From a virus (Duplodnaviria > Caudoviricetes), in the IMG/VR virus record IMGVR_UViG_3300022909_000060, positions 1-36,044 of that record: a stretch of 36,044 nt of DNA, one strand, 5' to 3'. The translations under genes and the position numbers were made by a program. Positions 25,050 to 34,900 of the stretch are shown here, piece by piece. Within the stretch, counting starts at the first letter, position 1. Each line of letters begins with the position of its first letter. Below the pieces are notes generated by a model. That model saw only the letters and a program-made list of their open reading frames with translations, made no database searches and was not told where the DNA came from.

Positions 25050-25472
25050 ATGAGCGATTCACCCGTATCTCTTGCGAGTCTAATGACTCCAAGCAAAACT
25101 GTTTCAATAGACTTTCCTGGTTTTACAGGTATGCAAGTAGACTTATGTTATCTTGCCCGAGAAGAGCTGCTGAAGCTTCGTAAAAAGTGTGTTACTACAA
25201 AATATGACAAGAAAACTCGTCAACCCGAAGAAGTATTAGACGAAGATAAGTTTCTTGTTGAATACTGTAAATCAGTAATCAAAGGCTGGTCAGGGCTAAA
25301 ATATCGTTACCTAGAAGAGCTTCTTTTGGTAGATGTTTCGCAATTTGACCCCAATGATGAACTTCCCTACACAGCAGAGAATGCAGAGCTGCTAATGAAA
25401 AACTCAACTACCTTTGATACTTGGGTTACGGAAAGTGTAGGTGACCTTGAAAATTTTACTGGGAACAAGTAA
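25050..25472 (+). CDS. tail assembly chaperone (gpG equivalent)
   Basis: Lies between tail tube and tape measure; IKGWSGL motif; AAGGA SD. Confidence 0.85.
   Translation: MSDSPVSLASLMTPSKTVSIDFPGFTGMQVDLCYLAREELLKLRKKCVTTKYDKKTRQPEEVLDEDKFLVEYCKSVIKGWSGLKYRYLEELLLVDVSQFDPNDELPYTAENAELLMKNSTTFDTWVTESVGDLENFTGNK
25451..25457 (+). other. -1 ribosomal frameshift slippery site A AAT TTT
   Basis: X XXY YYZ heptamer in frame; the -1 frame is open from 25451 to 25882. Confidence 0.8.
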
Positions 25473-25882
25473 GGCAAATTCAGTCCTTACTTAATCGCTT
25501 TGTACAGGAAGAAGATGTAAGCTTTGATGTAAATAAGTATCTGCTTCTATGCGAACAATTAGGTCAAGAACCAGACCCTGCCAAAATGCCGCTCGAACCT
25601 TCTGATTTTCCAGAAGAGGTTCAAGTGGCATTTTTTATGTTTTCTCTACTACCAGATCACTGGGAAGGTATGAGTGGAACATATATGGGAAAGTATTGGG
25701 ACGGTATAGATTATTTTTTCAAACTATACGAAATAGAAAATCCCAAAATTATATTATACTTAATGAAACTGTACGAAGGGTCGATAGTTTCATATAGAGC
25801 AGAAAAAGCCGAGAAAAAACGAAAAGCAGATGAGCGAAAAGCAGGCGGTGGAAAAAATTACACCCATAATGTAAAAGGCTAA
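25451..25882 (+). CDS. tail assembly chaperone C-terminal part (gpT equivalent), reached by frameshift
   Basis: Frame is open 45 codons upstream of the track ATG 25586 (..KYLLLCEQLGQEPDP..). Confidence 0.75.
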   Translation, partial: KFYWEQVRQIQSLLNRFVQEEDVSFDVNKYLLLCEQLGQEPDPAKMPLEPSDFPEEVQVAFFMFSLLPDHWEGMSGTYMGKYWDGIDYFFKLYEIENPKIILYLMKLYEGSIVSYRAEKAEKKRKADERKAGGGKNYTHNVKG

Positions 25883-28800
25883 TGGCGAAGAACAAGATAG
25901 AAATTGATGTCAGAGTAGACGATAAAGGTACTACTAAAAAAGTCGCGCTCGCATCAAAAAAAGCTGCACAAGGGTTAGATAAAGCAAGCAACTCCAGCCG
26001 TACTTTTGATAGAAATTTAAAGGGAGCAGCACAAGCTTCTGCTAACGGCACTAAAAACTTCTCAAAAATGGCTCAGGGAATGACCGGAGGCCTTGTTCCT
26101 GCTTATGCTGCTTTTGCTGCTCAAGTTTTTGCTCTAACTGCCGCCTTCGGGTTTTTAAAAAGGGCTGCGGACTTAGAAAATTTAAGAAAGTCACAAGTAA
26201 ACTTTGCCCAATCTTCTGGACTAGCAATTAAATCCCTTACAAGGCAATTGCGAGAGGCCTCTGGAGGAATGTTAGGATTCCAAGAAGCTGCTCAGGCCGC
26301 AGCTATTGGTGTTGCTAAAGGTTTTAGTGGGTTGCAACTTGAGCAGTTAACCGAAGGTGCTGCCAAAGCGGCCGGGGCTTTAGGAAGAGGCTTTGACGAT
26401 ACTTTTGATAGACTTCTTAGAGGTGTTTCTAAAGCTGAACCAGAATTACTAGATGAATTAGGTATTACTTTGCGACTTGAAGAAGCTACGCAACGATATG
26501 GAGATGCTATTGGTAAGTCAAAAGATCAATTAACTGCAGCAGAGCGAAGCCAAGCTGTATTTAATGAAACAATGAGGCAATTAAATGCTACTTTTGGCGA
26601 CCAAGATACCTATGTAAACCCTTTTATAATCTTATCAAAAACTTTTGAAGATATTATACAAAAAATACAAACTAAACTTCTTCCCGCTTTTACGGCTTTT
26701 GCAAATGTTATAAATCAGAATGCGACTGCAGCTGCAGTAGCTTTTGGCGCTCTCGCAACTATTATTCTTGCTAATATTGCGGGTCTCGGTCCCGCTCTTA
26801 AATCTGTAATGGTAGGATTAGGTTCTGGGTTTATGAGCAGCTCCCGTAGTATACGAGATACTTTTACAGGACTTACAGAAGCTGTGGGAAGCGGAATTAG
26901 TAGAGCTGCAAAAGCAGCAGTATATGAAATTGAATTTGCAGAATTAGAACTTACTGAAAGACTTGAAAAGTTAGGAGGTGCAAATGTTAAAGGTGCTGCG
27001 GGTAAATTGCAAGCAGGCGGAGTAAGTAGTGTAACTGTAGGTAAGTTAGCTGCAGGAGAAGAAGTAACCCCTCGTGCACTAGGCCGGCTAAAGAAAGACC
27101 TACAAAGAGTACGAAAAGAGCTACAAGATACTGGAGAAGTTGCAAAAGGAGCGTTTGCTGGAGCAACTCTAGAAGCCGTAGATGACTTAGAGGCAGAAAT
27201 TGAAAAAATCGGAAAAACTACTTTAAGCACTAAAGAAAAAATTCAAAAATCATTCGGGAAAACGACAGTTAATGCATTGGACAAAGTATCCAGAGCCGCA
27301 AAAAGAACTGGCCAAGCCTTTATTCTTGTAGGGAAAGGAGCAAGAATAGCTGGAGGCGCTATAAAAGGTATGACAAAAATAGCTACTAAACTATTTTTAG
27401 TTGCGGGAGTTGTTTCAGCAATTATAACTGCCTTTGAGAAATTAGCTACTACTCCGATTACTGTAATAGACGGATTTAAGTCTTTTCTTTCTGGGCTCGC
27501 AAAAGGTCTTCAAATAGCTTTAAACTTATTTGCAGATGGACTAAATGCTCTTTTAGATAATTCTGTGGTAAGAAGATTATTGGGCATAGAAGAGGGGGAG
27601 AGAGTTATAGGTAGATTTACTTTTGCGGATGATATTGATACGAAATTAAACGCTTTAGAAGAGAAAGCCCTTGCAGTTTTTGGACTAGATAGAGAAGGGC
27701 TTCAAGGAATAGAAGACAATACTCGAGCTCAACAAGCCCAAGAAGAAGCCGTTGCAAATTTACGAGACAGATATGCAGAACTACGCACAGAAATAGATAC
27801 TATTACGGCAGGTATCAAAGATCAGGAAGATCCTTTTAGAAAAACTCAACAAATTGCAACAGCAATTGCAACTCTTCCAATTGAAGGGGCCCTAAAAAAA
27901 GCCGCAGAATCTGGTGATTTTGGTAAAATATTCGAAGAAATTTTAGGAGATGTAGACCTTAGCGCTTTAGGCATCCCCTTTGCAACTGCAGTCGCAGAAA
28001 ACAATATTCCTAAAATTCAAGAACTTAGTGCAGCAGCAACTACTTTTAATGCTAGTTTAGCTTCGATTAAAGATGCGTCAGCAAGTTTAAGGCAAGATAT
28101 CGGAACAGGAGATCCGCTTGGTGCAGAAATACTTTTAAAACAGCTAATTGCTGCTGCAAAGGCTGGAGATGCCGCCGCTATAACTCTTGCTAGAGAGGGA
28201 GGACTTTTAGATCTTTTAAATGAAAATGCAGGAACAGACGCAAAAGGGCTACTTGCAAGTTTACAGAGAGTGCGTCTAGAAATGGAGTCAATTGCAGATG
28301 ATAAATCAGCTCTTCAAATAACTCAAGTTAAACAATCAAGAGCTCCCGGAGCTGTGGGCAGGCAGCAAGGATTAGATTTTGCAGCACAAGAGGCAGTTAT
28401 TGCAGTACGAGAAAAAACAGCATTATTACAACAGTACCAACTTGCAGGTCAGAATCTTGCAGGAGATGAGCTACTGCTACACCAACAAGAAGTAGCTCGA
28501 AGGCAGAGGGAGATAGCATTACTGGAAGAAAAAGCAACCGTAGCCTCCACGAATGCAACAGAAATAGGACAACTTGGAATAGCTGTAGGAGACTCTCTTG
28601 CTTCTAGTATGCAAAGTGCTTTTGATGGTCTTATTCAAGGCACAATGACTGCAAAAGAAGCATTTGGAAATATGGCAAAAAGTATGCTAAAAGCAATAGC
28701 AAAAGTTATTTCAGAATTGCTAGTAGCAAAACTTCTTACTGCTGCTCTTGGAGGCACTTCATTCGGAAACTTCTTAGGAATCCCCAAAAGTCGCTATGGA

Positions 28801-29163
28801 GGAGTTATAGAAGAAGCACGAAGCGGAGGAGTTCTATCTCAGGGCAAGAAAATGCCGGGTTATTCTATGGGCGGTGTCGCAAGAGGTTCTGATGCAGGGT
28901 ACCCTGCAATACTTCACGGAACAGAAGCGGTTGTGCCACTTCCAAACAATCGTTCAATTCCTGTAGATTTAAAAGGTGCAGGACAGCAAAATAATGTAAC
29001 TGTAAATGTTTCTGTAGATTCAAATGGCAATGCTCAACAAAACTCTCAGTCAAATGGGCAACAAGGCGAAAATCTTGGAAATGCAATTGCAGCAGCAATA
29101 CAAAAAGAGTTGCAAAATCAAAAACGTTCGGGCGGAATACTTAATCCGTATGGAGCCGCGTAA
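25882..29163 (+). CDS. tape measure protein, 1093 aa
   Basis: Ala/Leu-rich helical, ELLDELGI motif, hydrophobic patches, C-terminal GG..HGTEAVVPLP and ELQNQKRSGGIL. Confidence 0.92.
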   Translation: MAKNKIEIDVRVDDKGTTKKVALASKKAAQGLDKASNSSRTFDRNLKGAAQASANGTKNFSKMAQGMTGGLVPAYAAFAAQVFALTAAFGFLKRAADLENLRKSQVNFAQSSGLAIKSLTRQLREASGGMLGFQEAAQAAAIGVAKGFSGLQLEQLTEGAAKAAGALGRGFDDTFDRLLRGVSKAEPELLDELGITLRLEEATQRYGDAIGKSKDQLTAAERSQAVFNETMRQLNATFGDQDTYVNPFIILSKTFEDIIQKIQTKLLPAFTAFANVINQNATAAAVAFGALATIILANIAGLGPALKSVMVGLGSGFMSSSRSIRDTFTGLTEAVGSGISRAAKAAVYEIEFAELELTERLEKLGGANVKGAAGKLQAGGVSSVTVGKLAAGEEVTPRALGRLKKDLQRVRKELQDTGEVAKGAFAGATLEAVDDLEAEIEKIGKTTLSTKEKIQKSFGKTTVNALDKVSRAAKRTGQAFILVGKGARIAGGAIKGMTKIATKLFLVAGVVSAIITAFEKLATTPITVIDGFKSFLSGLAKGLQIALNLFADGLNALLDNSVVRRLLGIEEGERVIGRFTFADDIDTKLNALEEKALAVFGLDREGLQGIEDNTRAQQAQEEAVANLRDRYAELRTEIDTITAGIKDQEDPFRKTQQIATAIATLPIEGALKKAAESGDFGKIFEEILGDVDLSALGIPFATAVAENNIPKIQELSAAATTFNASLASIKDASASLRQDIGTGDPLGAEILLKQLIAAAKAGDAAAITLAREGGLLDLLNENAGTDAKGLLASLQRVRLEMESIADDKSALQITQVKQSRAPGAVGRQQGLDFAAQEAVIAVREKTALLQQYQLAGQNLAGDELLLHQQEVARRQREIALLEEKATVASTNATEIGQLGIAVGDSLASSMQSAFDGLIQGTMTAKEAFGNMAKSMLKAIAKVISELLVAKLLTAALGGTSFGNFLGIPKSRYGGVIEEARSGGVLSQGKKMPGYSMGGVARGSDAGYPAILHGTEAVVPLPNNRSIPVDLKGAGQQNNVTVNVSVDSNGNAQQNSQSNGQQGENLGNAIAAAIQKELQNQKRSGGILNPYGAA

Positions 29164-29606
29164 TGGCACGACAATATAGTTTTACAATAAGCACAGCAGA
29201 CTTACAAAGTATTTTTGGAGATACAGGAAGAACTCAAAGTTACGAGGTTAAAGCAGATAGAGGATTGAATCGACAAGTAAGTTATTCTTTACTAACTGCA
29301 AATTTTGGAGATGGATATGAACAAAGAGCTTTAGATGGTATAAATACTAAGCAAGAAGGTATTTCTATTTCTTTTAATAATAGAAACTATAAAGAAGCCA
29401 ATCTAATTGCTGCTTTTTTTGATTTAAAGCAAGGATTAAACTTTGATTTAAAAGTAACAAATACTTTATTTGACCCAGAAAATACCACATCCGATGGAAC
29501 GCCAGAAACAATTCGCGTTGTATGTGACAGCTATAATTTAGTATATGTCCACGATACTGCAGTTTCTATACAAGCAACACTTAGACGAGTTTACGAGCCC
29601 TCATAA
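29163..29606 (+). CDS. distal tail protein, lambda gpM-like
   Basis: FGDGYEQR..DGIN signature. Confidence 0.85.
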   Translation: MARQYSFTISTADLQSIFGDTGRTQSYEVKADRGLNRQVSYSLLTANFGDGYEQRALDGINTKQEGISISFNNRNYKEANLIAAFFDLKQGLNFDLKVTNTLFDPENTTSDGTPETIRVVCDSYNLVYVHDTAVSIQATLRRVYEPS

Positions 29607-30526
29607 TGGTAGATTTAATTGATACAGTACAAGACCAAGAAATAGATGATGCTTATTTAGAGCTTTTTGATATTAATTTACGTTGGGTAAATTCTTCTGG
29701 AACTATACAGACGGACAGAGTTCACTTAGTTGATGGGCTTGATAACGAGAATTTAAATTTATGGATGCCTTATGATAATGCAGGAACCTTAGTGTGGGCG
29801 GAATATATTGCTTGTCCTATACAAATTTCCGGAGTATCTATGTCTGCGGCGGGGGCAGCAGCTAGACCTACCCTAACCATAGCGAATGTAGTTTCTTTAG
29901 TTAGAAATATAAGTGGGTATGATGGGCCGAGCTATGGAGATGGGGATTCTGATGAAACTAACTTTTCTGGAGGAGGCAGCTATAACGAAGATGCCAATAC
30001 AATTCTTGCAGAGTTAAATATTGCAAAAAATGAAGATATTTTGGGTTCGACTGTAACTCATAGAAAAACTCTAAGAAAAAATACTTATGTACAAATAAGT
30101 GGAACTAAGTACACCTATGAAGATAGAAGTACTCCCGTGACAGGTATTCCTACTCCAAAAGAGTTTCCTTCTGGAAAATATGTTTTAGATAGAATTTCTG
30201 CAGAAAATAATATAATGGTAGAGTTTGAATTATCTAGTCCTTTTGATGTACAAGGAGTAAAAATTCCAAATAGATATGTAATTGGCAAGTATTGTCCTTG
30301 GGATTATAGAGGGGCTGCTGGAGCAACAAATTCAATTAAATCAGGATGCACTTGGAATGGTGGAGGCTTCACCATAGATAATGAGCCAACTACTGCTAAT
30401 AGTGCAACGGATGTATGTGCAAAAACTGTGCAGGCTTGTAAGCGTAGATTTCACGGAGGTATTAATACTGATAGCGATATTCCGTTGCCTTTTGGAGGAT
30501 TTCCTGGAAGTCGTAAGTTTAAGTAA
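29606..30526 (+). CDS. tail tip protein, lambda gpL-like
   Basis: RPTLTIANV, VEFELSSPFD, four-Cys tail CPWDYRG..C..DVC.K....C..RF, PFGGFPG. Confidence 0.88.
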   Translation: MVDLIDTVQDQEIDDAYLELFDINLRWVNSSGTIQTDRVHLVDGLDNENLNLWMPYDNAGTLVWAEYIACPIQISGVSMSAAGAAARPTLTIANVVSLVRNISGYDGPSYGDGDSDETNFSGGGSYNEDANTILAELNIAKNEDILGSTVTHRKTLRKNTYVQISGTKYTYEDRSTPVTGIPTPKEFPSGKYVLDRISAENNIMVEFELSSPFDVQGVKIPNRYVIGKYCPWDYRGAAGATNSIKSGCTWNGGGFTIDNEPTTANSATDVCAKTVQACKRRFHGGINTDSDIPLPFGGFPGSRKFK

Positions 30527-31212
30527 TGATTGAAGAAATACAAGAACATTTTGAAAAAGAATACCCACGAGAAGGATGTGGAATAATTGGAATTGTAAAA
30601 GGTAAGAAAAAGTGGTTTCCTTGTAGAAACGTAGCAGAACATGAAGATGACTTTGTACTTTCTTCAGAAGATTATTTTAATATAGTAAAACGTTGTGATA
30701 TTCTGGCAATAGTGCATAGTCATCCGGATGCAAGCAATGAGCCTAGTATTACCGACACGAACTACTGTAATGCATTAGGAATACCTTATTGGATATTTAG
30801 CTATCCTGAAATGGATTTAAATATAGTAGAACCACAAAAACTTAGTCATCCTCTTATAGGAAGAGAATACAGTTTTGGAAGTGCAGATTGTTTTGAAGCA
30901 GCTAGAGATTGGTTGGCGAAAGAAAATATATTTATTCCGAAACGAGAGCCTTTTGAAGATAATTGGTGGGAAAAAGGATTAAACTATTTTTCGGAAAAAA
31001 GAATGAACGAATGGAATTTTAAAAAAGTAGAGAATCCAGAAAAAAATGATGTATTACTTTTTCAAGTTCAATCAGATGTTCCAAATCATTGTGGTATTTA
31101 TATAGGAAACAACGTTTTCTTTCACCATGCAGAACATCGTTTGTCTTGTAGAGAGCCCTTAAATGCTCTGTGGGTAAAATATTTAGCAGGAGTTTATAGA
31201 TATGATTCGTAA
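30526..31212 (+). CDS. tail tip assembly protein, lambda gpK-like (JAB + NlpC/P60)
   Basis: PREGCG, HSHP...PS..D, DCF, NHCGIY, FHH. Confidence 0.9.
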   Translation: MIEEIQEHFEKEYPREGCGIIGIVKGKKKWFPCRNVAEHEDDFVLSSEDYFNIVKRCDILAIVHSHPDASNEPSITDTNYCNALGIPYWIFSYPEMDLNIVEPQKLSHPLIGREYSFGSADCFEAARDWLAKENIFIPKREPFEDNWWEKGLNYFSEKRMNEWNFKKVENPEKNDVLLFQVQSDVPNHCGIYIGNNVFFHHAEHRLSCREPLNALWVKYLAGVYRYDS

Positions 31213-31912
31213 GGTTTATTTAGACGGAGAAATGGCAGAAAAATTTGGCTCTGAGTTTACTATTAAGGCCAAGACTACTGCGGATGTTTTTCGAAATCTT
31301 GAGTGTAATTTTCCAGAGATGAGACAATATCTTATGGAATGTCATGAAAAAGATATTGGATTTCTATGCCAAGTAGGAGATGAAGCTCTACAGGATGAAG
31401 AAGAGTTGCTTCTTTCGTTAGGCGAAGGGGATGTATATATTTCTCCACAGCCCGCAGGCTCTAAAAGTGGTTTAGGAAAAATACTTGCAGCAATAGCAAT
31501 TGTAGCAATTATGTTAACCCCCGGCCTTAGAGAATTCTTTATTACTACTAGTTTAACTTCAGTGGGGCCATATGCCGCAACGTTTTCCTATGGCTTAACA
31601 ACAGCAGGTTTAGTTGCTGCGTCACTAGCAGTAAACTTAGCACTTACAGGAATACAGCAGATGATGGCTCCCGATCCTTCTGTAGATGATTTTAATAATG
31701 ATAAAGAAACAAGCTATTTATTTCAGGGAGCAGAACAAAATGTTATAGAAGGAGACCCAGTGCCTGTAGTTTATGGACAATTAAGAGTACCAGGTAGACC
31801 AGTAGGCTTTGAAGTTAGAAATAAAGAGGGAGTATTTTCAAACACGTACAGTAATGGGGGCACCTTTGGCAACTATGGACCCTGGAAAGCATATGGCTAC
31901 GATAAAGACTAA
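31202..31912 (+). CDS. tail assembly protein, lambda gpI-like
   Basis: VYLDG..AEKFG, SYLFQG..N...GDPVPVVYG. Confidence 0.85.
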   Translation: MIRKVYLDGEMAEKFGSEFTIKAKTTADVFRNLECNFPEMRQYLMECHEKDIGFLCQVGDEALQDEEELLLSLGEGDVYISPQPAGSKSGLGKILAAIAIVAIMLTPGLREFFITTSLTSVGPYAATFSYGLTTAGLVAASLAVNLALTGIQQMMAPDPSVDDFNNDKETSYLFQGAEQNVIEGDPVPVVYGQLRVPGRPVGFEVRNKEGVFSNTYSNGGTFGNYGPWKAYGYDKD

Positions 31913-31933
31913 AGCTAAAATAGAGAATTATTT

Positions 31934-34900
31934 ATGACTACACCAGTAAAAAGTAACCAGCAACATATTTTTATTCATGATGCTATCTGTGAAGGACCAG
32001 TAGAAGGACTTCTTTACGGAGAATCTTCTGTATATTTAAATAATAATCGTGCTCGCCCTTTAAACCCCGATGCTCCGTATGCTCCCTTAAATGGTAAAAT
32101 TGAATTCACAAGTACTTCAGATACTACAGGATCCTTATCCTCTAATATACCAGGTAAATATGTAGGTACTCCTAATAACACGAATTATCTAGTAATTAGA
32201 GGAGGAAGTATTGAAAAAAGTGGAACTCCTGTAAATAATAGTGGAGTTTTTACTATAACAGGAGATGCTAGTTTTACAAGTGCTTATACTACTGAAGATA
32301 ATCTAAATAAAGTTATTGCGCTTGTTTCAACTGATGAAAGTAATCAAGTATACTTACTAGGAGAAGGAAAATTAGACGGAACTAAATTGACGTTCACTCC
32401 TTTAAATCCTCAGTATGATACTGCAATTATTGTTCAAAATCAAGATTACAAAGTTCAATTACTAGAAACTTTAGAAATTTCAAGCATCGCTGTAGACAGT
32501 ATTACAGTTACAAGTGGTCCATCTTTAGGAGCTAATGGAAGTAGTCCATATACTTATTATATTTCTGGCTCAATACAACCAGATGCGGAAAATCCTGACG
32601 CAGATGCTCCTTCAGTACAAAAAGTAAAAGTACAGTTTAGAAACGGCTCGACCATACAAGATCCAATTGTAGAACTAAACGGTGTAGGAGGAGGCTCTTC
32701 TTATACGGGCAATCCTCAAGATGCTACTCCCCAGCAATTAAAACAGCTTAATGTCGCTGCTTGGAATGCTTCACAGTCAGGTACTCCTGAAAATAAAGTC
32801 CCAAAGTCGGACACTCCCGCAGGAGACCCATTCCCAAGGTACGAGGGAGGTAATTATCCTGAAGGAGAGAGTATTGCTACTGAAGGAGCCATATCTCCCA
32901 CAATTATTTCTGCAACGGATTTTGGAGTAGCTGAATCTAGCATTCCTTTACTTGATGAAGTAAGAGTAAGTATTAGTTATAACTCTTTGTATGCAATAAG
33001 TAAAAAAGACGGAGAAGAAACTACAAATACTGCTATTTATTTATTTCAAATTCGAAAAAAAGCACCTGGCGCCAGTACGTTTAATGAATGGCAAAATGCT
33101 TTTAGTGACGGGGGAGACACAACTGTTGGGCAAATAAATCACACAGCAAAAAATAAAAGTGCGATATCTTTTGAGCATTTTATTGACTTAGAGTTTATTA
33201 AGCCTTTTGAGGATTTTGAAATACGAATTACTCGACTTACTCGACATAAGGGACGAGCGTGCTTATCCCAAGGACAAGATGCAGGAGACGATCAAGAGCT
33301 TGAAGCGGGTGATTCTACATCATTTATAAGTAATATTACAGCTATAAATAGAGATAAATTTTCGTATCCTCATACTGCTCATGTAGGAATTTTTTTAGAC
33401 TCTCGTGAGTATAGTTCTGTTCCTAAAAGAAGTTATGAGATGCGAGGTATGCGGGTGCACGTACCTAATGGATATATACCCAGAGACTATTCGAGTACAG
33501 GAGATGCTACTTATCCTGACTTTTGGGATGGCACTATGTCTCAATCTCGATTTTATACAAATAACCCTGCCTGGGTATTTTACGATATAATTGTTAATGA
33601 CCGTTTTGGTGCAGGAGAATGGATAAAAGAAGACGATGTAGACCTTTATGCTCTGTATAGAATTTCTAAATATTGTGATGAGTTAGTAGACGATGGAAAA
33701 GGAGGTACTGAGCCTCGCTTTACAGCAAACTTATACTTATCGAAAGCTACTGACGTATACAAAGTTTTAAAAGATATGTCTACCATTTTTACATCCTTAA
33801 TATATTGGATGGATGGAAAGATGACTACAATTCTCGATGCCCCAGGAGACCCAGTTTATAACTTTTCTAGAGCCAATGTACTTGATGGAGCATTTAGTTA
33901 CGAAACTACTGGTCAAAAAACAAAGACAAACCAAGTTGTTGTTACTTGGAATGACCCGGAATTAAACTATGAACAGAGCACTCTTGTAATAGAGGATAGA
34001 GCCTCTATAGTAAGAGAAGGGCGCATAATAAAAGAGAACGCCTTTGCCTTTGGTTGTACTTCAGAAGGCCAAGCACAAAGATATGGAAAATGGAAGCTTT
34101 TTACCGCTCAAGGCCAAACTGAGATTATATCTTTTAAAACAGCATTAGAGGGTGCTTTTATTCGTCCTGGAGATATCATACAGGTACAAGATACTGCTCG
34201 ATATGGAGCAAAATTTAGTGGTAGAATTGCAAGCGCAACGAGTACCAATGTTACTTTAGACAGACCGGTTACTCTAGGTTCCTCAACCTACGAATTGGCT
34301 GTAATTATAACTGAACCTGCTGCTTTTTATGTCGGAGAAGGTACTGTAAATATAAGAAATGCGGCTGATGATGCTAATGAAGAAACTTATACCAGAGGAG
34401 AACGAATAACTCGTGCTTGGGTAGATGATAATAATAATGGTACTCGAACATTACAAACTGTAGATACTGAAGCTAAAGCATCTAATGCGTGGACTAAAGA
34501 AACAGGCGGAGAATTTTTACCCACTACTTGGAAAGAGGATTCATATGTCGAAAGCAAGTCTATTAGTAATAATCAGTCAGATGTTACTAGTCTTACCGCA
34601 AGTTTTAGTACGACTCCAACCGCTAATTCAATCTGGGTAATCACAGAAACAGAGAGTGGAACTCCTACTGCTGGCTCTGCAGACCTTTATAAAGTACTCA
34701 GTATAGCTCAAGACGATAAAAATATATATAGTATTAGTGCAGTAGAACATACAAATGACAAATATGCCTACGTAGACAATCCAGATTCAATATTAGACTT
34801 ACCAAATGATGTCTTTCCTACAGAGCCAGAATTTGCTGTTGCTCCAACACAAATTCGTGTATTGCAAACTTCCGATGCCTCCCGTCCCGATGAAGAACTT

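Noticed and set aside
16629-33590. Nested + strand alternative-frame ORFs (16629, 16788, 17759, 20103, 33405)
   Set aside because: They lie inside conserved genes with no recognisable features
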